Shown here piece after piece: positions 20,271 to 30,452 of a DNA stretch of 64,000 bases. The DNA comes from a virus (lineage: Duplodnaviria; Caudoviricetes). Each line of letters starts with the position of its first letter. Within the stretch, counting starts at the first letter, position 1. The stretch lies in the IMG/VR virus record IMGVR_UViG_3300024344_003081; one strand, written 5' to 3'. The position numbers were made by a program, and so were the translations under genes. Under the pieces are notes generated by a model. It worked only from the letters and a program-made list of their open reading frames with translations. It searched no databases and was not told the origin of the DNA.

Positions 20271-21334
20271 AATTAAGTGAATATGATTTTACCAAGATAC
20301 CTTGGAATAAAATTGAACGAGTTGGGACTTGGAAGATGCTGGAGTCTGACTTATTTACAGTTTCATGGTTGTTAGGGAGATTTTGTAATTATAGATGTTC
20401 ATATTGCTGGCCATATGCAAGAAGTAATACTAAAGATCATCGTCCTGTGAAATTATGTCTCAATACAATTGATGAAATTAAACGACAAGCCAGAGAAAGA
20501 AATTTTAATTCCTTTCATTTTAGTCTATCTGGAGGTGAGCCCACTTTTCATCCAGCATATCTTGATATACTTGAACATCTTGCAGATGATGTAGTATACA
20601 CTAATTATTCATCTGTCCATATGACTTCAAATTGTTCTCGACCTATGAAGTGGTTTGAACGATATGTTGAGTCAGCAAAGAAATTTTCAAGAGCATCTAT
20701 TACTGCATCATTTCATCGTGAATATATTACAAAAAATAAACTTAATGATTTTGCAGATAAACTTGATTTTTGTCAACGTAATGGTGTAAGAGTAACAATT
20801 AATTCTGTAATGGTACCAGAAAAATTTGATGAAATATATAAAGACTTATTGTATTTTTATGAACGAGGCATAAACGTAACACTTAAACCACAAAGTGATC
20901 CTACTGCATCATTTGTTGTTGATGGATATTCTGAAGAACAGATGCAAGTATTGCATAATGGTATGCCTCAGATTACAAACATGGAAGTTAAATCAAAAAA
21001 ACTTCAAAACATTCGTCAAGAATTTGAAATTGTTATGAATGATGATGAAGGAAAAGAGTGGTATCTTGATCAAGCAGAAAGATTTAATGCATTTAATTTT
21101 AATAATTTTAAAGGATGGACTTGCTCTACTGGTTATCGTAGTTGCATTATTCGTGAACCTGATGGAAGCATTAAACGATCTTATTCTTGTGGAGATGCTC
21201 CTTTAGGAAATATAGAAACAGGATTTAAATTATTTGATTCGCCTGTGATATGTACTACAAATGCGTGTGTAAGTTCTGCTGATAGTAAAATTCCTAAAAA
21301 GAAATCTAATTGTACCTTACCATTATGGAAATAG
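20267..21334 (+). CDS. Radical SAM protein
   Basis: WLLGRFCNYRCSYC, SGGEPTFHP; GTG start overlapping the previous stop. Confidence 0.9.
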   Translation: MKLSEYDFTKIPWNKIERVGTWKMLESDLFTVSWLLGRFCNYRCSYCWPYARSNTKDHRPVKLCLNTIDEIKRQARERNFNSFHFSLSGGEPTFHPAYLDILEHLADDVVYTNYSSVHMTSNCSRPMKWFERYVESAKKFSRASITASFHREYITKNKLNDFADKLDFCQRNGVRVTINSVMVPEKFDEIYKDLLYFYERGINVTLKPQSDPTASFVVDGYSEEQMQVLHNGMPQITNMEVKSKKLQNIRQEFEIVMNDDEGKEWYLDQAERFNAFNFNNFKGWTCSTGYRSCIIREPDGSIKRSYSCGDAPLGNIETGFKLFDSPVICTTNACVSSADSKIPKKKSNCTLPLWK

Positions 21335-21534
21335 ATAATATTATAAATGATTATTCTTTGAGAGAATTACAAATTATTTCTTCAAGAATATTATCAGAAC
21401 ATGAAGCTACAAATAATTTTATAAAACAATTTAAAGCAGATCATGATAGTCATCAATTTTATAAAAACGTTATTAAATGGTATATTGAAAAATATAAACA
21501 TTTTCCTGAATTGAAAAAATATGATTCCTTCTAA
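21325..21534 (+). CDS. Small hypothetical protein
   Basis: ORF fills the gap between two radical SAM genes, overlapping both; ATG 21325. Confidence 0.55.
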   Translation: MEIDNIINDYSLRELQIISSRILSEHEATNNFIKQFKADHDSHQFYKNVIKWYIEKYKHFPELKKYDSF

Positions 21535-23050
21535 AGATAATACTTTTTGTTTTTATCCTTTTTATGCCATGGTTTTTAAACTATGGAAAAAGAATAGTAA
21601 TGAATTAAGAGCAGTTGCACCATGTTGTATGATGCATGACACTAAAGATATAACAGGAATTAAAATAGATGTTTCATATACTGCTACAAATCCTGTGGTT
21701 ATTACAAGTATAAATCATGAATTAATTGATGATGATAAAATAGAAATTTATGAAGTAAATGGAGATGGAGTTGATGTGGGGCCATATACAGTAACAGTAC
21801 TTTCTTCAGATACATTTTCTATTCCTGAAGATGCTACAAAGGGCAATGTTGGTAAATTGAATTATCATATGAGAGAACCGAATTCAATTTTAACTAGAAG
21901 AGATTTAAAAGGATTGTCTCCTCATGATATTTTTCATCATAAAAAATTTGAAGAATTAAGAAAAAACTTACTTAATAATGTGCGGGATTCTCGTTGTTCC
22001 ACATGTTGGAATCAGGAAGATTTGGGAATAATGTCTCATAGAATGTATACACGATGGCAATTTCCAGAAAAATTTAAAACAAGTTTAAAAGAAATAGACA
22101 TATCAATATCTAATAAGTGTAATTTAGCATGTAGAATGTGTAATACAGGATCTTCACATCAACTAAATGAAGATGTGAATAAATTAAGAAAAAATAATAA
22201 ATTGCTTTTATTTGAAGAAGTTTCAGATAATGGTTTAGGATCACTTAATTTACCATTGGATGTTAAAAATAATCATTTAATACAATGGATATATCACAAT
22301 ACTGATAAAATAAAAATTTTAAAAGCATCTGGAGGAGAGCCACTATATGATAGAAATATATTAAATTTGTTAAGAAAATATGTGAAAGATGGTAATAGTA
22401 AATCAACAGAATTACAATTCCATACAAATGCAATGTTAATAACAGATAAAATTATTAAACTCATGGACGAATTTAAATTACAAAGACATTCATTTAGTAT
22501 AGATGGAGTTGATAAGACTTATAATTACATAAGACATAAAGCAAATTTTTCGATTTTAGAAAAAAATATTAAAAATTGGTTTAACAAATCTAATAACATT
22601 TATGCAGTAAATATTAATTTAGTATTGTCTGCGTTAAATATAGGTAATGTTGTTGAGTTTTTGGAATGGACAGCTTTGATGTTTCATGATAAGATTAGAT
22701 GTAATGTTTTTATTTCTGAAGTGCGGCCTCATGGTAGAGGACTCGATATTGCAAATTTACCAATCTCTTATTTAGAAAAAATACGAAAAGATATTATAGA
22801 ATATAGAGATGGTTTTGAAACATTTAGAACTAAAATATATAATTATATGCATAAAGGAAATTTTTTCCATTATGAAATTGATAAATTATTATCGTTAATT
22901 GATCATGCAATAACAAATAATGTATGTGATATTTTTCGTTTATATACTGAAATAACATTATTAGATGAAACAAGAAATCAAAGTTATAAAAATTTTTTAG
23001 ATTCTTCTTTAGTTTCTATTTTAGAAAACTATGAATCGCAAGAAAAATAA
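21521..23050 (+). CDS. Radical SAM protein with N-terminal twitch domain interrupted by a virion-type beta module
   Basis: CFYPF..PCC..[insert]..CSTC; CNLACRMC; SGGEP; HTN; SIDG. Confidence 0.9.
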   Translation: MIPSKDNTFCFYPFYAMVFKLWKKNSNELRAVAPCCMMHDTKDITGIKIDVSYTATNPVVITSINHELIDDDKIEIYEVNGDGVDVGPYTVTVLSSDTFSIPEDATKGNVGKLNYHMREPNSILTRRDLKGLSPHDIFHHKKFEELRKNLLNNVRDSRCSTCWNQEDLGIMSHRMYTRWQFPEKFKTSLKEIDISISNKCNLACRMCNTGSSHQLNEDVNKLRKNNKLLLFEEVSDNGLGSLNLPLDVKNNHLIQWIYHNTDKIKILKASGGEPLYDRNILNLLRKYVKDGNSKSTELQFHTNAMLITDKIIKLMDEFKLQRHSFSIDGVDKTYNYIRHKANFSILEKNIKNWFNKSNNIYAVNINLVLSALNIGNVVEFLEWTALMFHDKIRCNVFISEVRPHGRGLDIANLPISYLEKIRKDIIEYRDGFETFRTKIYNYMHKGNFFHYEIDKLLSLIDHAITNNVCDIFRLYTEITLLDETRNQSYKNFLDSSLVSILENYESQEK

Positions 23051-23810
23051 TCTTAGATTTGTATTTCCAGTAAATCAACCTGGACTTGGTGATAGATTTA
23101 TCATGACTTCAAATATTCTTTATGCTAGAAAAGAAGTTGAGCATGAATGTTGTATTATTGATATTTTTCTTAAAAATATCAAGCCAAGTAAGGATTATGA
23201 GTTTGATCAAAAACAATATTTAAATCTTACAGATTTTTATGATATTATAGATTTTTTTCATTTTAAAAGACCAGATAAAAGTGAACCATTAATAATTTCA
23301 AATATAATAGATGAAGAACCTCCTCCATTTCATGCCAGCACAGGTCACCGTAATATTGAGTATGAAATAACAAATAATGAATATAAGAGAAGCCACAATT
23401 TTCTTTATAATCGAGAACAATATTGGCCTATAAATTATGATAAAACTATAAAAAAAGATATTATAACATTTATGTTTTATGTAGATGATTCATTACCCGA
23501 ACATAAATTTATTACAGTAGAGGAAGAAAAAGAATTTCAATTATTAAAAACGAATTTATCATCATTTAATTTTCATCGTTTAGAAGATTTTAATTTTAAA
23601 AAAAATGTAGAATTATTATCTAGAAGTAAGTTATTAATATCATCAGAAGGAATGTGGACACATCTTTCAAGAGCAATGGATATTGATACTATTACGATTT
23701 CAAGAGATTCTAAGTTTATTAAAGAATTTACTCGACAAGGTTATTTTTGTTCTGGAATTCAAGAATGTTTAAATGAATTAGAAAAAAGATGTCATGAATC
23801 ACAGGTCTAG
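23031..23810 (+). CDS. GT-B/GT9-like glycosyltransferase, paralog 1
   Basis: GLGD N-terminal motif; C-terminal ISSEGMWTHLSRAM resembles GT9 DSG..HLA.A. Confidence 0.5.
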   Translation: MNRKKNNLRFVFPVNQPGLGDRFIMTSNILYARKEVEHECCIIDIFLKNIKPSKDYEFDQKQYLNLTDFYDIIDFFHFKRPDKSEPLIISNIIDEEPPPFHASTGHRNIEYEITNNEYKRSHNFLYNREQYWPINYDKTIKKDIITFMFYVDDSLPEHKFITVEEEKEFQLLKTNLSSFNFHRLEDFNFKKNVELLSRSKLLISSEGMWTHLSRAMDIDTITISRDSKFIKEFTRQGYFCSGIQECLNELEKRCHESQV

Positions 23811-23898
23811 TTATTGGGAAACAGGTTATTTTAAAAAAAAGAATCTTAGATTTGTATTTCCAGTAAATCAACCTGGACTGGGTGATAGATTTATCATG
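23049..23898 (+). repeat. Direct repeat from tandem gene duplication
   Basis: 23049-23105 vs 23842-23898 match at 56/57 nt; further shared blocks continue through both genes. Confidence 0.9.
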
Positions 23899-24663
23899 GC
23901 CTCAAATATTCTTTTTACTATGAAAGAAGTTGAACACGAATCTTGTATTGTTGATATTTTTCTTAAAAACACAAAGACGGTGCATAAAAGCCAGTATTTA
24001 AATCTTATAGATTTTTATGATATTATAGATTTTTTTCATTTTAAAAGACCAGATGAAAGTGAATCATCAATAATTACAAATATAATAGATGAAGCTCCTC
24101 CTACATATAAAGAGATATTGGCTTCAAAACGAAAAAATATTACAGGTGATGTTGCTTGTCATGATTTTAATTCTAGATATAATGAATATGTTATAAGTAA
24201 TTATTTTCTTTATAACGAAGCACGATATTGGCCTATAAATTATGATAAAACTGCAAAAAAGCAACTTATAACATTTATGTTTTATGTAGATGATTCAGTA
24301 CCCGAACATAAATTTATCACAACAGAGGAAGAAAAAGAATTTAATAAGGTAAAAGATTATTATGGACATTATTTTCATCGACATGAATATTATTTTGTTC
24401 GTTTAGAAGATTTTAATTATAAAAGAAATATAGAATTATTATCTAAAAGTTTGTTTTTAATAGCATCAGAAGGAATGTGGACCCATTTATCTAGAGCAAT
24501 GAAAGTTAATACCATAGCATATTCTAGGGATATTACTTTTATTGAGGAATTTAATAAACAGGGACATTTTTGTTCTGGATTTTTTGAAAAATGTTTAATT
24601 GAATTAGAAAAAAAATGTATAGAATTAAAAAAGAAGAGCAACTTTATAAGTTTGAAGAGATAA
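23794..24663 (+). CDS. GT-B/GT9-like glycosyltransferase, paralog 2
   Basis: Tandem paralog of 23031-23810 with the same motifs. Confidence 0.5.
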   Translation: MNHRSSYWETGYFKKKNLRFVFPVNQPGLGDRFIMASNILFTMKEVEHESCIVDIFLKNTKTVHKSQYLNLIDFYDIIDFFHFKRPDESESSIITNIIDEAPPTYKEILASKRKNITGDVACHDFNSRYNEYVISNYFLYNEARYWPINYDKTAKKQLITFMFYVDDSVPEHKFITTEEEKEFNKVKDYYGHYFHRHEYYFVRLEDFNYKRNIELLSKSLFLIASEGMWTHLSRAMKVNTIAYSRDITFIEEFNKQGHFCSGFFEKCLIELEKKCIELKKKSNFISLKR

Positions 24664-25682
24664 AACATATACATTTTGAACCTACGCAAAGATGTCAGGC
24701 GGCGTGTCCTATGTGTGATAGAACTAATAATCCACATATAAAAAATGCTGAACTTTCTATAGAACAATTTAAACAAATTGTAAATGCTAATTTAGCAAAA
24801 CAATTAAATAGTTTTCTTATGTGTGGTAATCATGGAGATCCTATGATTGCAAAGGATACCCTTGAAATGTTTGACTGGTTACGCTATAATAATAATGAAC
24901 TATATCTTCATATGACTACAAATGCTGGAGGACGATCTGATGATTGGTGGAAAAGACTTGCGGAAATTTTTGGTGATTATGGAAAAGTATCTTTTTCAGT
25001 AGATGGTTTAGAAGACACAAATCATTTATATCGAGTAAATGTAGATTGGAATCGTGTTGAAAATTCAATGGATGTTTTTACTCAAGCAGGAGGAAAAGGT
25101 TATTGGGTATTTTTAATATTTGAACATAATGAACATCAAGTAGAAGAAGCAGAACGAATGGCTAAATTATTTGGACTTGAATTTGTGAGAAAAAAGTCTG
25201 GAAGATGGGTGCAAAGTTATAAAAATAAGAAAATTGACAAAAAGATAACCACTAAGGGGAATGAGATTAAGCCACCAGCTAATCCAGAGAATCAGAATAA
25301 GAGTGTTAACAGTTATGATAAATTGATTAAAAGTCATGGTTCCTTTCAAGAGTATTTAGATAAAACAAAAATAAAATGTAAGTCAATAGATACTAAAGAA
25401 ATTTTTATTTCAGCAGAAGGTCTTGTGACTCCTTGTTGTTGGACTGCTGGAAAATTATATAAAGTATATGAAAAAATAGGACAAAATCAAATATGGTCTT
25501 ATATAGATGATATTAAAAATATTAATGCTTTATATAAACCTTTAAATGAAATTATTGAAGGAGATTTTTTTAAAAAGATTAAACAATCTTGGAATTTGCC
25601 TTCTTGTTCACAAGGAAAATCAAAAGTTTGTGCAGAGAAGTGTGGTACTGATTTTAACGCATTTGCAGATCAATGGAAATAA
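24615..25682 (+). CDS. Radical SAM protein with C-terminal SPASM
   Basis: CQAACPMC, CGNHGDP, TTNAG, SVDGL, PCC...CAEKC. Confidence 0.92.
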   Translation: MYRIKKEEQLYKFEEIKHIHFEPTQRCQAACPMCDRTNNPHIKNAELSIEQFKQIVNANLAKQLNSFLMCGNHGDPMIAKDTLEMFDWLRYNNNELYLHMTTNAGGRSDDWWKRLAEIFGDYGKVSFSVDGLEDTNHLYRVNVDWNRVENSMDVFTQAGGKGYWVFLIFEHNEHQVEEAERMAKLFGLEFVRKKSGRWVQSYKNKKIDKKITTKGNEIKPPANPENQNKSVNSYDKLIKSHGSFQEYLDKTKIKCKSIDTKEIFISAEGLVTPCCWTAGKLYKVYEKIGQNQIWSYIDDIKNINALYKPLNEIIEGDFFKKIKQSWNLPSCSQGKSKVCAEKCGTDFNAFADQWK

Positions 25683-26395
25683 AAATTAATTGTCTTAAAT
25701 GGGGAACAAAATATGATTCTTCATATGTTAATAGAACATATGGTGGGTTATTAAAACATTGTAATGAATCATTTCATTTCGTTTGTTATACTGATAATCC
25801 TAAGGGAATATCTTCTAAAATTGAAACAAAAGATATTGAAGAACTTAGACCATATAATACAAATATGATGTTTACATATGAAAAATTAATGCTGATAGAC
25901 AAAGACGAATATGATAAGAATCTCTGGATAGATTTAGATGTATTAGTACATGAAAATGTAACTGAATTAATAACAAGAAAGCATAATAATATTACATTTA
26001 TATGGAATTATTGGAATGATTATGAAAAAATAAGTTTATTTAATTTTGGTAGGGGAGTTTCTTGTCATGTAAATTCTTCATTTGTTGCATGGGATAAGGG
26101 AACAGCTTCTTGGCTTTTAAAATATACTAAAGAAAATTGGAAAAAAATAGAATGGACATATAAAAGTCTTGATAAGTATTTGTTTTATCAACATTACAGA
26201 AATAATAAAATTAATTTATGGGAAGATGGATTTTTTTCAAATTATAATAAAGAAAATTATAAATTAAAAAATAAAGTAACATTATTTAATACATCACATC
26301 TTTATAACAATAAAAATATGAAAGAAATTAAACATTACGAATTAGATGAATCACCAGTACAGGAATTATGGAAAAGTTATTCTCTTGGGTTGTAA
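25673..26395 (+). CDS. GT-A-like nucleotide-diphospho-sugar transferase
   Basis: CLKWGTKY..YVN, CYTD, DLD, NSS motifs. Confidence 0.7.
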   Translation: MEIKINCLKWGTKYDSSYVNRTYGGLLKHCNESFHFVCYTDNPKGISSKIETKDIEELRPYNTNMMFTYEKLMLIDKDEYDKNLWIDLDVLVHENVTELITRKHNNITFIWNYWNDYEKISLFNFGRGVSCHVNSSFVAWDKGTASWLLKYTKENWKKIEWTYKSLDKYLFYQHYRNNKINLWEDGFFSNYNKENYKLKNKVTLFNTSHLYNNKNMKEIKHYELDESPVQELWKSYSLGL

Positions 26396-26787
26396 ATCAT
26401 GAAAAAATTTCTGTATTATGTTGTCCAAGTTTTAAATTTATTAAAACATTAAAAGGACTGGATATGGAGATTGATAATATAAATTATGATATTAATTTTA
26501 GAGATATGCCAAATGTGATTTGTAAAGATTTTGTATTTGATAATGTTAAATTATATAATTGTGTATTGCATTATAATTGTGAGAAAACATATCCTGTGGG
26601 ACGAATGCATGAAGGAATTTTTATATTAAGGGGTGATGATAAAGAACATAATGGTGATTGTAATCCTATTCATTCGATTGATAAATTAATAGATGATAAT
26701 GAATTGACAGAAGTTTTTGATTCATTTGAAATACAAAGTAAAAATAAAAAATACAAACATTATTGTGTATATGGAACAAATCTATAA
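26368..26787 (+). CDS. Hypothetical protein, distantly resembles the C-terminus of the next gene
   Basis: NCEK...DCNPI.SIDKLI vs SSEH...HINCV..VDELI. Confidence 0.5.
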   Translation: MEKLFSWVVNHEKISVLCCPSFKFIKTLKGLDMEIDNINYDINFRDMPNVICKDFVFDNVKLYNCVLHYNCEKTYPVGRMHEGIFILRGDDKEHNGDCNPIHSIDKLIDDNELTEVFDSFEIQSKNKKYKHYCVYGTNL

Positions 26788-27541
26788 TTGGAGAAAAAAT
26801 AAAAACGATATAAGTTTGCACAATATTGAAATAGGTTCTTATAATGAAAAGATTGGAGAACTTAAAGAAGAAATAGGTTCTATTAGAGAGACTATTGGAG
26901 AACATAGAGAACAAATTTCTATATGTGAAAATGATAATAGAGAAACACCATATTATTGGGTCAATCAATGGGTTAATAATAATTTGCCTTCATATTCTAA
27001 TAGTTTTGAAGACTCTGTATCTCAAGGACAATATGAATCTAAATTATGGTTAAATGAAAAATTAGAAAAATTTATTTCTATGCCAGAACTTCATATTGAT
27101 ATTATCGGTTCTTGGTTTGGATTTCCTTTAATAGAAATGTTAGCAAATGCGTTTGATATAAAACAAATAGATTTATATGATATTGATGAGGATTGTCATA
27201 AAGTAACTGCTCAATATATAAATCATTTTGATTGTGATTTTAAAATAGTGCAATTTAAAGATTTTTTTGAACGTAAAGAAATGAGAAGAAGACATTTAAT
27301 TATTAATACATCATCTGAACATATGTCTGATATAGTTCTTATGAAAGAATATTATAAAGATTATCCAGTAAAACCTATTTTAGCAATACAATCAAATAAT
27401 TATTTTGATGTTGAAGATCATATAAATTGTGTAAAAGAGGTTGATGAATTAATAGAAAAAAATCAAATTAAAAATGTTTTGTATAAAGGAAAACGTTCTT
27501 TGCCATTATATGATAGATTTATGGTGATAGGTAAATGGTAG
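26771..27541 (+). CDS. Class I SAM-dependent methyltransferase-like protein
   Basis: IIGSWFG glycine loop, YDID, INTSSEHM; ATG 26771. Confidence 0.6.
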   Translation: MEQIYNWRKNKNDISLHNIEIGSYNEKIGELKEEIGSIRETIGEHREQISICENDNRETPYYWVNQWVNNNLPSYSNSFEDSVSQGQYESKLWLNEKLEKFISMPELHIDIIGSWFGFPLIEMLANAFDIKQIDLYDIDEDCHKVTAQYINHFDCDFKIVQFKDFFERKEMRRRHLIINTSSEHMSDIVLMKEYYKDYPVKPILAIQSNNYFDVEDHINCVKEVDELIEKNQIKNVLYKGKRSLPLYDRFMVIGKW

Positions 27542-28104
27542 TTATTGTTCTTGTACGCACAGGAAGTAAATATGATGAATGGTATGAAAATAATATCATT
27601 TATATGATACGTAAATTTGGAGAAATGAAAAGATGTGAATATTATATTATAAGAGAGGGAGAAGGTAGTGTATATGATAAACTTAAAATGTTTAAGGAAT
27701 GTACTGATGATGTAAATTATTTATATTTTGACTTAGATATTATTATTAAGAAGCCCATAGACTATTTAATTAAAGATGATTTTACACTTGTTAATGCTTG
27801 GTGGAGGGCGCCATTTCATACTCCTTTGAATTCTTCAATAATGTCATGGAAAGGAAATTATTCTCATATTTATGACAAATTTTATGAAGATGAAGATTAT
27901 AGCAGAGTAAAATATTGGAAAGGTATTGATGAATATATTTACAAAGAAATGGAGTATAATACTTATGATGATAAAGTATGTTGGTCTTATCCCTGGAATA
28001 GACAAGAATTAGATTATTCTATTTGTTTGTTCAATCATGAATTTGCTCCTGCAATGAGAATAAAAGGATGGATGGAAAAATATGTGTTATTAGAAACTTC
28101 TTAA
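27535..28104 (+). CDS. GT-A-like transferase
   Basis: VRTGSKY, YFDLD, NSSIMSW. Confidence 0.65.
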   Translation: MVVIVLVRTGSKYDEWYENNIIYMIRKFGEMKRCEYYIIREGEGSVYDKLKMFKECTDDVNYLYFDLDIIIKKPIDYLIKDDFTLVNAWWRAPFHTPLNSSIMSWKGNYSHIYDKFYEDEDYSRVKYWKGIDEYIYKEMEYNTYDDKVCWSYPWNRQELDYSICLFNHEFAPAMRIKGWMEKYVLLETS

Positions 28105-28601
28105 CAGAAGAAGAATGTTTTAATTTTATTATAACTTATAGAAAAAAAGTTCGGCGAGCCGGAGTTATAAATGAAGAATTTTCTGATTATCGAAGATCAA
28201 AAGTTTTTATTTGGCATAAAGATTCTTTTTTAGAAAACAAATTTAATTGTTCTAATATGATATTTCAATTTTCAGAATATTCTAAATTAAATTATTATCA
28301 TTGGCATAATGATTTTAATACTACTCAATCGGAGCGTAAAAGAATAGAAACATGTGTGGTGCCTTTAAATGAGGAATATCAAGGAGGTCTTTTTGAAATT
28401 AAAGATCAAGATCCAATTGAATTAAATGTAGGAGATTGTCTTAGATTTGATTCAAAATTAGAACATAGAGTTAATCCTGTATTAAAAGGAAAAAGATATT
28501 CTTTAACTGCTTGGGTTATTGAACAAAAGTCAATAAAACATTATTTTGAAGATGAAATTTATAAACATCTTGTAATTGCAAACGATTTGGAATTAATATG
28601 A
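28068..28601 (+). CDS. 2OG/Fe(II) oxygenase, prolyl-4-hydroxylase-like
   Basis: YHWHND...YQGG...HRVNPVLKGKRYSL. Confidence 0.88.
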   Translation: MDGKICVIRNFLTEEECFNFIITYRKKVRRAGVINEEFSDYRRSKVFIWHKDSFLENKFNCSNMIFQFSEYSKLNYYHWHNDFNTTQSERKRIETCVVPLNEEYQGGLFEIKDQDPIELNVGDCLRFDSKLEHRVNPVLKGKRYSLTAWVIEQKSIKHYFEDEIYKHLVIANDLELI

Positions 28602-29677
28602 CAGATAAAACATCCGATATAGTTTTGATACATGCTTATTTGTCTGATGAAGAAAGAAAATCAGTTTGTCATAAATTTATAAAACAATTTAAATCTTTTG
28701 GGTATGATGTTATAATCACAAGTCATTTGCCCCTTGATAAAGATACACAAGAATTGGTTGATTATGCAATTTATGATAAAGATAATATTTTGTTAAATGA
28801 TCCTACACTTAAAGGATATTTGGTAAATTATGCTTATGCTCCTGATGATGAAGGAAATCCTATACCCCTTTTTAATATTGCAAGTAGAGAATTTTTTAAA
28901 AATAATACAATACTTGCAGTTTTACGTTTATTGCTTGCTGGTGTTACGTATGCAAAACTTCTTAATAAAAAAATAATACATTTATTTGATTATGATGGAT
29001 TTTTGCCTACTGATGAAGAGTTAATAAAAAATAGCGATATTATATTGAATCAAGGAAAACAAGCAGTATTTTATGAACGTGAGACAGAAAATTTAGATGC
29101 CGAACATTGGGGCGAAAGAAGAATTAGACATTGGCAAATTATGACATTAATTATGTCTTGTAATGTAGATTTTTTATATCGAAGATTGAATATGTATTCT
29201 GATGATCATCTTAAAAAAATGATTACTTATAAAGGTATGCAAATGGGAGAAGAGTTATTAGGATATGTTCTTGGGGTGTCTTATTTAAATAAAGAAAAAG
29301 ATACTTTTGAAGAAAACATTGAAATAAAAAATCTTGAAGAAAGTTCTCAAAGAATAGGTTTTGAAAAACAAAAAGTTTATACTGATGCTGAATTTCCTTG
29401 GATATGTCTTGCAAAAGATCCGGCACAAGATGGATATAGATTTTTTGCTATGCCACCGAAAGGAACAATTCATGTGAAAGTTTTTTATAATCATAATTTA
29501 TATTCTGCATTTACTTGTTCTGATTGGGGATATAGAACAGATTATTTTGCTTCAGAAGGACTTGAAAATATAACAATTCATGTGAATGATGAATTTTTTA
29601 GAGAATATGATTTTACTGATCCAAAAACAGAAGCACTTATTTTAATGAATAGTATTTGGACTGATGCACCAAAATAA
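28598..29677 (+). CDS. Hypothetical protein, possibly GT-A-like
   Basis: Long coupled ORF; TSH...YDKDN and DYD motifs; weak assignment. Confidence 0.5.
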   Translation: MTDKTSDIVLIHAYLSDEERKSVCHKFIKQFKSFGYDVIITSHLPLDKDTQELVDYAIYDKDNILLNDPTLKGYLVNYAYAPDDEGNPIPLFNIASREFFKNNTILAVLRLLLAGVTYAKLLNKKIIHLFDYDGFLPTDEELIKNSDIILNQGKQAVFYERETENLDAEHWGERRIRHWQIMTLIMSCNVDFLYRRLNMYSDDHLKKMITYKGMQMGEELLGYVLGVSYLNKEKDTFEENIEIKNLEESSQRIGFEKQKVYTDAEFPWICLAKDPAQDGYRFFAMPPKGTIHVKVFYNHNLYSAFTCSDWGYRTDYFASEGLENITIHVNDEFFREYDFTDPKTEALILMNSIWTDAPK

Positions 29678-30452
29678 AATAACTATTATAATTCATACAT
29701 GTGATGAATACAGTCATTTTTGGGATGGTTGGTATACCATGTTCGATCATTTTGGATTTTTAGATTTAGGATGGCCCATACATTTTTGCAATGAAGAAGT
29801 AGATTTGCCTTTTAATGATCAGAGAATAACTCAGATTAAAACAGGTAAAAGTAAAAAGTATATGGGAGTTGAATGGAGAGAATGGTTACCTACTTTTGGG
29901 GGACCTAAACAAGTTGATGAAGGATGGAGTGATAGACTTATAGCATCTTTAAATTCAACTCAAACAAAGTATGTTTTATACATGCAAGAAGATCAATGGC
30001 CTTTTAAACAGATTAATGTAAATTTATTTAATAAATTATTAAATTTCGTATCTATTCATGATATAAATGGATTAAGATTACATCGACTTATATCTTCTTA
30101 TGATCTAAATGAATTTGAAGAAACAGACTATTATATAGACAATAAAAAAGTTTTAAGAGTCAAAAGGGATGCCGGTTTTTTATTATGTCATCAACCTACT
30201 ATTTGGAATAAAGACTTTTTATTAGATGTGAGTATTCATGGAGAAGGGTTTAGAGATAATGAATATGCTGGAAGTGAAAGAGTTAGAGAAAAATATAAAG
30301 ATCCAAAAATTTTTGTATATAATCATCATTGGTTTTTAGAAAAATCTGCTTCTTCTGCTGGTTTATGGATACCAGAAATTGAATGGGAATATAGAGAAGT
30401 TGCAAGAGAACGTGATGTTTATAAACATTTTAATATGATTAAAAATGAATAA
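29664..30452 (+). CDS. GT-A-like transferase
   Basis: HTCD.Y...W, YVLYMQED, HQPTIWNK. Confidence 0.6.
   Translation: MHQNKITIIIHTCDEYSHFWDGWYTMFDHFGFLDLGWPIHFCNEEVDLPFNDQRITQIKTGKSKKYMGVEWREWLPTFGGPKQVDEGWSDRLIASLNSTQTKYVLYMQEDQWPFKQINVNLFNKLLNFVSIHDINGLRLHRLISSYDLNEFEETDYYIDNKKVLRVKRDAGFLLCHQPTIWNKDFLLDVSIHGEGFRDNEYAGSERVREKYKDPKIFVYNHHWFLEKSASSAGLWIPEIEWEYREVARERDVYKHFNMIKNE

Noticed and set aside
21325-21534. RiPP precursor peptide for the radical SAM cluster
   Set aside because: No leader/core pattern or Cys/aromatic motif; looks like an ordinary small helical protein.
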